DNA from: Paramoeba atlantica
Lineage: Eukaryota > Protista > Discosea
Length of the DNA stretch: 64,000 bases
Assembly: GCA_977017575.1 (NCBI GenBank)
Contig: CDRNVI010000043.1
Coordinates: 558,001-622,000, forward strand
Direction of reading: 5' to 3'
The position numbers and the translations under genes were made by a program. Positions 9,623 to 19,619 of this stretch are shown here, in pieces. Position 1 is the stretch's first letter. Every line of letters begins with the position of its first letter. The notes under the pieces are model-generated. The model was not told the DNA's origin. It worked only from the letters and a program-made list of their open reading frames with translations, and searched no databases.

Positions 9623-10481
9623 TATACTATAGTATATACTATGAGATACTACTTTTTTGTAGACTGGGTATTTACTAATCGTAATCAACGGACGCATGGA
9701 AAACCTCAAGCAATTCAACGTTCAAGGCAAAGGAAGCAGGAGAATATGCTGAATGCTTCATTCTCCAACAGTTACTTAACAAATCAACCAATAAACTTCC
9801 TTAAAAATCAGGAATTGATTTAGTTTACCACAGCGCAGATGCGCACAGAGAGGTGAAAGGATGCTTATCCTGAGCGAAAGTTGAGTCGAGTGCGTGAAAA
9901 AGTGAGTTGAGGGGTGAAAGGAGTTCAGATCTCGCATTCCGCGCATAAACGCTTCCTCACATATTTTTCATTGGTATATGATGTAAGAAAAGAAACAGAT
10001 CAAGAGCGTGTAGCACGAATATACGAATAAAATTAATATATTGTAGTGTAATAAAAAATACTAAACGTGGCTATTTTCATCAATGCATAAATATTTATTT
10101 ATATGTTATTCTGAATTGATAAAGATACCTGAAGGAATACTTCAAGGACTTACACGACACTGAGTTAAACCACAGAACCCAGTTCCGACGTCAATACATA
10201 GTGCATAATAGTACAATAAACCGTTGCTGTGGACGAAAAAAGTATTTCGCTTGTTGAACACTGAGAAAAAAACCAGAGAAAAATATCTCAGATACGGAGA
10301 AGAAATACCACAAAACGGAGCTCTGGACGTACGAATATTATCGCAATATTACCACATATTCTATTTACCGCAATTCAATTGATATTTACCGCAATGTATA
10401 CCCTGTATGCTACGATACTCTATATGTATGATACTCTGTGCGCCATGTAGTTCGATATTATTTTATATGGAGTGTTCCGCG

Positions 10482-12106
10482 TCAGATCCAGTAGACAATT
10501 AGCCATCGCGTGACCCCGCCAAGTTTGGGAGAAGTGACGGCTCGAATTTCATGAGAATGTGCAATGGATTTCACCACACTAGAACCTTTCGCAATTAGAA
10601 TCTCACATTGGTCTTCTATTTCCAGAGCTTGATTCAGTTCGGCAAACACATCGCGTGCCTTTAAAGATACTTTCGAGAGAGTTTGCAATGCTTCCTTGAG
10701 ATGAGCTATGGTGTCCCTGCGACCCCTCTTGTCAAGTTTTTCGCTGTTCACAGAACGATAAAAAGATTTAAAGTACGATTCAGCTTTTTGAGTCTCTTCG
10801 TCAAAGGCGCTTAATATATCTTCAAGAGCTTTTCCGAAATACTTCCCCTTCTTTGCCCCCACACGGTCCCCTGCATAGAAAATCCTGGAGAAGTATGTTC
10901 TTACTTTCATAATTTGCAGATTTGCGTAGTGCTGCATTGCATCTTTGGCCATATTATGAAACAAGTGTCCGAAGCATGGTAATAGCGCGACACGTGGACA
11001 GTGCTTCGTCACGCCAATTACAATGTTCTCTCGGTCCGTGCTTCCGATAGAGCTGAGGCGCGAGTAAAATTCTTCCTCTGCGGAAAGAAGAGAGTCACGA
11101 ATGCCTAACATAGTGGATTCTATTTCCTGCCTAGCCACATTATTTACTGGGGCTCCGTCTGCCATTATGAATCGCAACTTTAGGAGTCGGCTCTCGGAGA
11201 GGCATGACCGAAGTACTTCTATCAGGGATTGTGCCATCTCGCTACCGTTAAATGATTTGTGCTTAGGGTGGTAGATAGGTGGGAGAATAAAGTGGCGATC
11301 CACAACATACAAAATGGCGATAAGTACATGTTCGCTAAGAACCCTGTCAACTCCACCGTCGATGGCGAGGACAAAGAATTTAGCTCCATCTATGGTTCGT
11401 CGAATGTCTTCCCAGATCATGTCGGCAATTCGACGTTCACTGATATGAAATTCGCGAGGAGAAGGAAGGATCGATGCAGCTTCTGAAGGATGTATGTCGA
11501 GGGGAAATTCTTGAAATAAGTTCTTTACGCACTCGAGGAATCCTTCGGTAGAAAGATTGCTCTGAGCTGCGAAACATGGGAGAGCTTCGGAGATGTACTC
11601 CTCTAGCGACTTGGGATTTGCAACTTCACTGGAGTCTTCTATCCCCTGCTGCGCCTTCGAGCAGCACTCTTTCAAATGTTTATAACAAAAATTTCCCCCT
11701 TGCTATGGGTCACCCACCCACATACTTTACATCGAACATGCTGTGAGTGGCCCATAGCATCATTCCGGATGCCTGAGACGTTTTTCCGAGCCCACTCGAG
11801 GCACAATTTTCCAGAAGACTCAACGCCGAGATCGCATCGCTCGTACGTTAATTGCTGCTGTCGACGGAGGCTTCCACAAGCGAGTGGATCGTTCCCGCAG
11901 TTGCTTTTTCTCTTTCTCTGGAGAGCATTCTCCTCTTCAAGCGGAGAGAGGGACGCACTTAACGGTACTTGGGAAGGTGTCTCCTCTAACTGTGACGTAA
12001 TTGCGGATACTCTCTCGCGATGCTCCCGTGCTGACGGTCGCTTTCTTGTGTTTTCAGGGGTGGGGGTTGAAGGTGCGCTTTCCGAGTTCTTTGAACGTTG
12101 CGTCAT
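10482..12106 (-). pseudogene. hAT transposase with BED-type zinc finger, frameshifted near 11675-11700 and C-terminally truncated
   Basis: Joining the two ORFs gives CKVCGWVTHSK...KHLKEC (Cx2C...Hx3C); FVLAIDGGVD (D1), FIMADGAPVN (D2), PCFGHLFHN (CxxH), GVTRW; no catalytic E or dimerisation domain visible. Confidence 0.75.
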
Positions 12107-12353
12107 TTAAAACAGTGAGTGACAAGGTGATTAAAGGAAGTGATAAGGTGTAAACAAAAAGGCTGAGCAATACTTGTGTACCAGTCCTAAATGTCGCAAT
12201 AAAGACAAATCTTTCCATTCATATACAGGGAAAAACTACATTTCTATAGACACTTAATAAGATTATAGACACCTTCGAAAAGTAGTATCTCATAGTATAC
12301 ATAGTATTGTATACTATAGTATATACTAAAATACTAGTTAGACTATGACCCTG

Positions 12354-12660
12354 AGTGCTTCGCATCCACTCCTCAAAATTTAGGTCATGACTCTTTTTTC
12401 AAGTGCGTGAGGGCCGAGGAGTAGGAGACTCGAAAAAAAAGGGTTTCTTCGCGCCTGCTTCGCAGACTTGTCATTTGAAATTATGCATCACGAATTTTAA
12501 CAAAGTGTAAAGCAACAAACTCCGCCTGGCTTTCGTCGTTCCGTCGCATATTTGGTATTTCTGAGAAATAAAAAAAATAAAGTTTTATATACATGTACAG
12601 TATTTAAAATTTTATAGTACTATAAAAGTACTATAGTTTTTAAAGTTTTAGGGACCCCTG
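12354..12660. mobile_element. hAT family E fragment with right terminus
   Basis: Homologous to 28082-28313 and ends in AAAGTTTTAGGGACCCCTG (reverse complement of the CAGGGGTCCCTAAAAC TIR); no matching left end found. Confidence 0.8.
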
Positions 12661-12778
12661 AAATAAATGACAAAAAATTACGAGTTTTTAAATGTTAGGG
12701 TGCATTTTTGCCGAAATACTGCCCGAATGTTTTCGTACACCACTCTCGCAACAACTTGCAGATTACAATTCAGAACGG

Positions 12779-13519
12779 TTAACCGTTTTGCGGGTAGAAC
12801 CTTACATTCGCAGGGATTGCTTTACTAACATTTGAAAACGAATTCGATGTTAGATCAAGGATTTGCATTCCTCTAGGAAGTGTCCATAAATCGATTGGGC
12901 CGTGCAATGCGTTGTTATTTAAATAAACGTATTGTAGTTCTGATGTGAATGTAGTCGTGTTTACCTGACCGAAAAATCGGTTGCGGCTTACATTAAGTAC
13001 ACGTAACTTAATAGCCCCTTGTGTGGGCTTAGGAAACGTAATTGGCCCAGAAAACTTATTGTAGCTTATGTCGCAGTGCAGCAGAGTTGAAGGTAAATCG
13101 GCAAGGGGAAAACATCCATGGAATTCGTTGTTTTTCAGATCAAGAAAGCGCAGATCAGCGGGCATTGCACACACAGATACTTCACCTTGAAATCTATTTT
13201 CGCTAAGATCAAGAAAAAGAAGAGTGTGTGGAAGGAATGACCAACTAAGGTTACCTGTTAGCATTCTTTTTGACCAGTTCACATCAGTCACGCGGAACGA
13301 AGCGTCACATTGTACGCCTTTCCATGAGCAAGCAGAAATAGCAGAACTCCAAGTAGAGTTGATCTTATTCAGGCCCTTAATAAAGCGCTCCAAGTTGTGT
13401 TCCGGCGGAAACACGCCGGAATGCACTTTACCCAAACGAAGCCTCGTATTGTGTTCCTGCTGGTCTGATGACGTCAATCCCAAACAAATGAAGGCTTTAG
13501 CGAGCTGTACACACACCAT
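12779..13519 (-). CDS. Leucine-rich repeat protein (plant-type/GP46-like LRR with N-cap)
   Basis: CSWKGVQC N-cap; repeats such as LPHTLLFLDLSENRFQG, LPSTLLHCDISYNKFSG, LPRGMQILDLTSNSFS. Confidence 0.85.
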   Translation of the reverse strand: MVCVQLAKAFICLGLTSSDQQEHNTRLRLGKVHSGVFPPEHNLERFIKGLNKINSTWSSAISACSWKGVQCDASFRVTDVNWSKRMLTGNLSWSFLPHTLLFLDLSENRFQGEVSVCAMPADLRFLDLKNNEFHGCFPLADLPSTLLHCDISYNKFSGPITFPKPTQGAIKLRVLNVSRNRFFGQVNTTTFTSELQYVYLNNNALHGPIDLWTLPRGMQILDLTSNSFSNVSKAIPANVRFYPQNG

Positions 13520-14088
13520 AAATTTATTAACTGGTTAGGAAAAAATTCAATGAATCATAAATAAGGCTTCGAAAACTGAAGAGACTTTCGTGTTCGTGCA
13601 TAAAAGTAAACGGCGCGAAAATGTTTTTTTAATCAGCAAAGAAATTTACCGTATATCCCCCCGCCCGCCTAGTACTGGAAGCGTACGATAGTAATCCTGT
13701 GTCTGTATAGTCTATAGATACTGTAGGAATCCTTTTCTGGATTTTCCTTTTGCCTTTTTCTTGACCGGGGGATATCGCTTTACAATAAAGTGAAAATATG
13801 AATTTTTCGACTTCTCTATGGTGGGCGAAGGAAAATCGAATTTTTGTACACAATTTAAGGTCTCGGAACAAATCAAGGCAGCTCGAGTGAAAAAGACAGC
13901 GGATTCGGGACGATTGGGTCGAAAAAGGCGGTACGCGAAATTTTCCTAAATCGAACAAAGTATGCCTGCAGAGGGGTATAAAAAGCTGCCGAGGGGTGTG
14001 TACTGTATAATCCTCCCCTTAAAGGGTGACCGTAAATTTCATCTAAAAACTCAAATATGTGTACTAACAAGCCCGACGAATAATTTCT

Positions 14089-14994
14089 TTATTGCAAGCG
14101 GTTCCTCGTTCCTCTTTTATCTTTAGCTTGAAGGTCAGAAGTATTAAATGCAGTTTTGTTTTTTTCGGGGGATACCGAAAAAGGAGCGAATGAACGATGC
14201 ATTGCTGTGGTAACACGATTCTGTATAGTCTGGCCGTGCTGACTTGAATTCTCAACCGAGGATGCGTCTGGCTTCGAAAGAATTACGCTATTCCGAGAAT
14301 TCAAAGTACGTCGTTTGCCCCAAACTATGATGGAAAACCTTTCCGTAATCATTGCATTGTCCATCGGAACGCCATGAAGAAACGCGTCGTTCACTTTGCT
14401 TGAAAACGCGAAGCAGTCACCATTGCGCTGCGGAAACGAAAATTTCGAATTGGTATCTTCATGGAGAAAACTTAGCTTTCTAGTTGCGCCTAATGATATG
14501 CCTATCGTAAAGTCTTCTTTGACTTCCTTGGTCGCGCTACTGTAAGCATGACTGTCACGATGAAATGTTTTCCAATGTGTGCCATCCGGGTAATAATTCA
14601 ATCGCGATGCAAATCCATCTACATCAAAGTACTTCTTCATAATTGCCACAATGCTTTGAAATGTAGGAGAAAATGTGGGATCCTCATGCCTCATGTGACG
14701 GCTCCAATTAATCATGCCTGTGGACGTCTTTTCGGTATCAAGTGACTGTATTTGACTCGCATGCTCCAATAGCTCTTCCTTTAATGTACGAAAGATAGTG
14801 GTATCCCGTTCTAAGCAAATGAAATCTCGAAGGTAGACGCAGTTTCCCCCAAGCGTGTTAGAGACTGCGTCCTGTAAATCAGCATGAGCTTGCGAAAATT
14901 CGGATTTCTGAAGTTTTGCGATGTATTGTGATGCGAGATTTACCCTTTCTTTATGGAAATCAAAGGAAATAGGCATGAGGGCATGTACCATCAT
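14089..14994 (-). CDS. AlkB-like 2OG-Fe(II) dioxygenase
   Basis: RLNYYPDG..W..FHRD (HxD), ISLGATRKLSF, GDCFAF, LHGVP (distal His), RFSIIVWG. Confidence 0.8.
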   Translation of the reverse strand: MMVHALMPISFDFHKERVNLASQYIAKLQKSEFSQAHADLQDAVSNTLGGNCVYLRDFICLERDTTIFRTLKEELLEHASQIQSLDTEKTSTGMINWSRHMRHEDPTFSPTFQSIVAIMKKYFDVDGFASRLNYYPDGTHWKTFHRDSHAYSSATKEVKEDFTIGISLGATRKLSFLHEDTNSKFSFPQRNGDCFAFSSKVNDAFLHGVPMDNAMITERFSIIVWGKRRTLNSRNSVILSKPDASSVENSSQHGQTIQNRVTTAMHRSFAPFSVSPEKNKTAFNTSDLQAKDKRGTRNRLQ

Positions 14995-15887
14995 TAATAG
15001 AAAATAGGAATGAAAAAGCCAAACTTGCGGTAAAAGCTCTACTATTGTATAGCAATCTTTCTTATACTTATCAACATCTGACTACGTCAATAGAGCCCGC
15101 CCTGCAAGTGAGCGAACATTCGAGGTGGGAGCCCGCGGCTCGCTACCTACCTCCTGTCGGACCCTTAATGTCCTCTTTGACGAGGACACAAATCTTGCAG
15201 AAAAATGTCGACAAAGTCTATTGCAGACCGGCCTTTGAGACAGTTTCATTATCTGGCAGAGTCGAGAATCTGCCGTTTGGACAGAAGCGCGTGCTTAGCG
15301 TCTGTGAAAGGCAGGCCTGGGGAGCGTCATATGCGCCCCCCAGACTTATCTACATATTCTCTGTCTTTTGAAGGCATGATAAACTAAAATTCCTCTACAA
15401 AGACTAATATGAATAAATAGAGGAAGTTTCCGTCCTCTGTTTCGACATCAGTTCTTACTGTTTCATCAGATCATGGCTGATATGTAAGGATTAAGACTAT
15501 AGATGCATCATAGCAATTAGTGAGAAGGATGAATTTTAAAAGCGGTAACACTCCAAAGCTTCGTAGAGAATGATGTCTTTTTTTCACACGGAATGATTAC
15601 CGTAGACACCCCAGTATGAGACCTCAAATTACGACAGATTTATCTCGGGAAGCTGGGTGGCTGGGGGGGGCTGAGGGGGCGCGGTGGCGGGGTGGCTGGA
15701 TGCGTCAAGGTGGCTGGGCGGGGGCATGGCTGAGCGCACACAACATTTGGCAAATATCGGTCAGCGCGCTAATACCAAAAGCAGCAAATACCGGTCAGCG
15801 CGCTAAAGCCTATTATGTCATGCAACTCACTTTGGCTTTCTTCTTTTACCAACAAAATTTTATATCCCCCCTAGGCCCACCGGATGC

Positions 15888-16079
15888 CTACCCCCTAACA
15901 CCACGGCGGTACCAATCTTGTACCGCGGCCTGAATGATCTGGGCATTGCCTTTCTGGATGGCCACCCCTATGGCCATCAACAGGTGAGAGAGGCACCCGT
16001 TTCTGTCAGAAGAGTGGGCCTTCGCCACCTTCCAGGGTCTGGGGGCCCGGAATCCCTTTAGGCATATCTCTTCGGGCAT
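15888..16079 (-). mobile_element. Possible 3' remnant of an RLE-type (CRE-like) non-LTR retrotransposon
   Basis: HLLMAIGVAIQKGNAQII resembles the C-terminal QRISxAIQRGNA motif of CRE-clade elements; no RT domain visible. Confidence 0.35.
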
Positions 16080-16411
16080 ATCCCTTCGGGCATATCCCTT
16101 TAGGCAGGGAAGGGGCGAATGGTGCAGGTATCCTGTTTCAAGAAGTTATGGATGCTTTTGAGACTCATTGGCGCAACACTCTTGGAGTCTCAATCTGTAC
16201 GCTTCAGGTGGATTGCGTAATCCGTGCAGTGCGAAGGTAAACTTGTTCTTGACTTTCATCAACACAAAGACATCTCTACAACCAGGCCAGCTATTGTTAC
16301 TTTTTGGGGACATCGCCAGTAGTCCTTGTGCTGGTCAAATTGACCGAGGCAGAGGACTACACCACAAAATCGTGTCCAAGTTCATACATGATTAGGAATA
16401 AATTTGGTTTG

Positions 16412-16600
16412 ATGCAGGTTGATGAAATCTTCATCGAGAAAAGGAAATATCACCATGGAAAGCGATAGCGGCATATTGTAGTTCGTCGGCATGACTGAGA
16501 TAATCGGACGGGAAATCGGCCGCACCCGTTGGAAGTTGTTTTCCTGCAAAGATCCAGAAACACTTCACGCATTCATCGGTCCACATCTGTATAGTGCGCG
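16412..16600 (+). pseudogene. Merlin/ISXO2-like transposase remnant 1
   Basis: MQVDEIFIEKRKYHHGKR matches the Merlin V(Q/E)IDES.FGKRKY..GR motif; stop and frameshift follow. Confidence 0.7.
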
Positions 16601-17341
16601 TTAGACTCATGAAGGGTTGCCAGACGTGTTAGTTTCGGCTTTCGTGTCTTTCTTGTCCGCCTTCTTCTTCAAACGGCCTGCCTTGAGCAACCTCCTCGAC
16701 ATGAAGAATCCATAAATATCCTCGACGTAAAGAAAATCGGCTTGGGGGTACGTTGGTTGAATTCTCAACGAACGGGATTCCGATTTCTGAAGTCATAAGA
16801 ACTGCGGGGTGCGCTCAGAGAGAACTATGTCTGCCACTTCCGCAGGATTGTGTATTCGTTTTCCTGTACTGCGACACGTAGTTTACGTGGAGGCAAGGCC
16901 CAACTGTGAGCGAAGCCCACTTCTGGAAGCAAAAACCCCCTTTGCGAGCAAGGCCCTACTGTGAGCGTAGCCCTGGGACAGAATTATATTTTTGTGGCGA
17001 TCCGCGTGCTCCAGTGTGTGGGTTGCGCACTGAGAACCTGTGTCTGCCACTACCGCCGGATTATATTTTTTGACTATAGAATATCTCCACTTTTCCTTAC
17101 GATAAAATTACATTTCTTTTTGTATCCCTCTGCTTTTCTTCGTTTACCATGGAACTTCGTCTGCTATGAAAGAAGACTATAATGAACAAGACCGACACTC
17201 TCCTGAAATTAATGAGGCCGAGCGACTCATGATGGTGTTCCTTGAGGCGATTGATCGTGTCGTAGAACGTGTTCTACATGAGACAGCATCGCACGAAAAT
17301 AATCCAGAACCTCATATTCAACCCGTTCTTCAAAACGGAGT

Positions 17342-18085
17342 TTGGCGAAATTTGCATGCCAGACGACTTTGCTCGCGGTGTGCCGGATTGTTTGCGTTCG
17401 GGGGTGGCGAATCATTGGCTGTGCTCCGCAAGGGGAGAATGCGGTAACCTGGATGAGATCACATAGCCTGTTTGAAGATGCCGTCTGTTACTTTCATGGG
17501 GCGGACTATCTCCGAGATATGCCAGGAAAGCCCGATATGATGGTTTGCGACCACCGTCTTCCGCATGAAACCTGAGTCGGGCCCGAGTTAGCAAATTCTC
17601 TCCATTCCTCTCCATACGAACATTATTGACACCTTCCATGCTCTTTCTTCTTTGGGCAGACGCCGCGAACCATTTATGTACTGGGCAGATTTTCCAGAAC
17701 CGTGGAGTGCAACGAATGGTAGCGCAGAAAATTAGCCCATCGCTTGGCAACTCAGCCTTGCATGAGGAGGAGACTTCGAACTACTAATTTGCCAGGATGC
17801 AGGTTGACAAGACGTTTATTGGGAAACGGAAGTACGATCGTGAGACGCGTCAGCGCGAAACAGGCTACTGGTTCGCAACAGATACTGAGCAAGAAGGAAG
17901 AATGATGGGTCTTACCCACTGTAAATTGGTAAAGACTCGGGATCGTGCGACATTGCAAGCTTGGATTCTGTCTCATTTGGCGAGCGCACGCACAGTAGTA
18001 GTGAGTGATGCTGGAAGGCTTATACTAACCTCGGTGAGTTCTGCCGACTTGGTTCATCATACGCTCATTGGCGCAGAGAGATCCC
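17342..18085 (+). pseudogene. Merlin/ISXO2-like transposase remnant 2
   Basis: MQVDKTFIGKRKYDRETR...YWF...RDRATLQAWILSHL...VVSD; a -1 shift gives SDxWKAYTNL; upstream Cys-containing fragments HWLCSARGEC and MRSHSLFE. Confidence 0.75.
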
Positions 18086-18895
18086 GGTGAAACTGAACCA
18101 AATTCCGCACTTTTTCTCATTTTTGCAAAATAATTTTTTTTACCAAAGATCTGTCTTTCTTTGATATTGTTTTCACACAAACATAAACTATTGAAGCGAA
18201 TGTCGTGCGAATTTAGTTATTTCTAAACTACTTATCGCTTATTTTAACAAGATGATGCCCTATTTATTGCCTATTTAATACCGTGCTCTGGAGATGTGGG
18301 TTCTTTTGTGGGTGCACCCTAACGATTACATTAATATCTTCGTGAAGTGAATCACAGTGCTCAAAGTGGCTTAAAGATCATCACTTAACCCCTCTAGAGG
18401 GGATACATGATCCCTCTAGAGGGGTACAGGGATGACTCTGGGTGGGCAGTACGTGGTCTGAGATCCTGTGGAACCCGTGGAAAATCGTTCGGTCGATACT
18501 CCCATCCTCAACATCATGGAATTGGAAATCGTACCAAGATGCGGACTAATGGAGCACGGCACAACTTTTCGCCCCAAGGCAAGTACAAGTGGGAGAGTGT
18601 TAGCCACAAACGGCAGTGGTCTACAACTCAAGAAACTCACACCACCACTGGAATCCGCTAATTCCATGGTTAAGCAGAGGTTCAACAGTGAACAGAATCC
18701 AAATCCTCGCAGAGAAATGCACAGGAATTTTGAAGCGAATTTTGAAGAGAATGAGGACAATGTATTGCTCTAATTATTGCTAAATTTGAAGGAGTAGTGT
18801 GCCATCTAAGCAAGAAAAAGGCTCAGAGTTGATGAAGGATGAAATTTTTCGTGAAAACGTTTTGGAGAAAGTGTGGAATTTGGTTCAGTTTAACC
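18086..18895 (+). mobile_element. Internally deleted Merlin-like element with ~33-bp TIRs, apparently inserted in remnant 2
   Basis: GGTGAAACTGAACCAAATTCCGCACTTT / AAAGTGTGGAATTTGGTTCAGTTTAACC inverted pair; internal degenerate fragments PVENRSVDT, YKWESVSH, LESANSMVK; no clean TSD. Confidence 0.6.
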
Positions 18896-19299
18896 GATAT
18901 TCCCCTTAATACAATGGACGGTATCATCGGTACATGATCCGCCCATAACGGATGTCGCCAAAGGGGGTTCGACACGGACTCTGTCGGTAGAGAGGTCCAG
19001 GCAACTCGCCTCTCTTTACGCGGCCGGAGGGGCGCACTTCAACCAACCACTGCCTCGCGATAATGCAAGGCAGTCACGCCCAGTGGTTCTCAAGGGAGGC
19101 CACCATGGTGCGTAGCTCCCAGGAGAAAAAAACGCGAGAAGGAGAAAGCCAGGGAGGGAAGTAACCTTACTCGAGGAGTGAGTCGGGGAGCGGTGAAGAG
19201 TTGGAAGTACATCCCCTACTTCCACGACAAGAGGTACAGTCCCTGCTAGCCGTCAGCCGGGCTTTTAAAAAGAAAATGTATGCCCGTTTCCGGGAAAAG

Positions 19300-19619
19300 A
19301 AAGGAAGGGCTAGCAAAATGTACCAACAAGGTACAGAAATTGTATCTTTATCATTAACGTTTATGCTATGGATCACAGCAAGGAATTTTTCACCTATCAA
19401 GGGTACCACACCAATCATGCGGAGGGTGTGCACGGTACCTTAAAGGGGTGGGTGAAACGGCAACACTACAACTTCGGTTCGAAACCTATGGACTTACAGC
19501 GAAATGTCACCCTTCAGTATGTAAAGTTTGGAAACATACATCACGCTCGTGAACAGGCATGGCACCTCCGCATGCAAAACATTATTCTTTGCGTCAAAAA
19601 GCCACTACGGTGCATTTAA
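19300..19619 (+). pseudogene. Merlin/ISXO2-like transposase, C-terminal remnant
   Basis: QGTEIVS, then DHSKEFFTYQGYHTNHAEGVHGTLKGW (the VNHS...HTN.IEG.W..LK motif). Confidence 0.7.

Larger units (their letters stand above)
8787..12347 (-). mobile_element. hAT-superfamily transposon, family H (defective; carries a nested Tc1 element)
   Basis: 31-bp TIR CATAGTCTAACTAGTAT..TAGTATATACTA (8787-8817 / 12317-12347, 2 mismatches); flanking duplication ACCCTG (or TGACCCTG overlapping the TIR); homologous empty site at 28071-28090; encodes a hAT-like transposase. Confidence 0.85.

Noticed and set aside
18966-19482. GGTTCGA T-loop-like motifs at 18966 and 19476
   Set aside because: No 5-bp T-stem, acceptor stem or D-arm; not tRNAs
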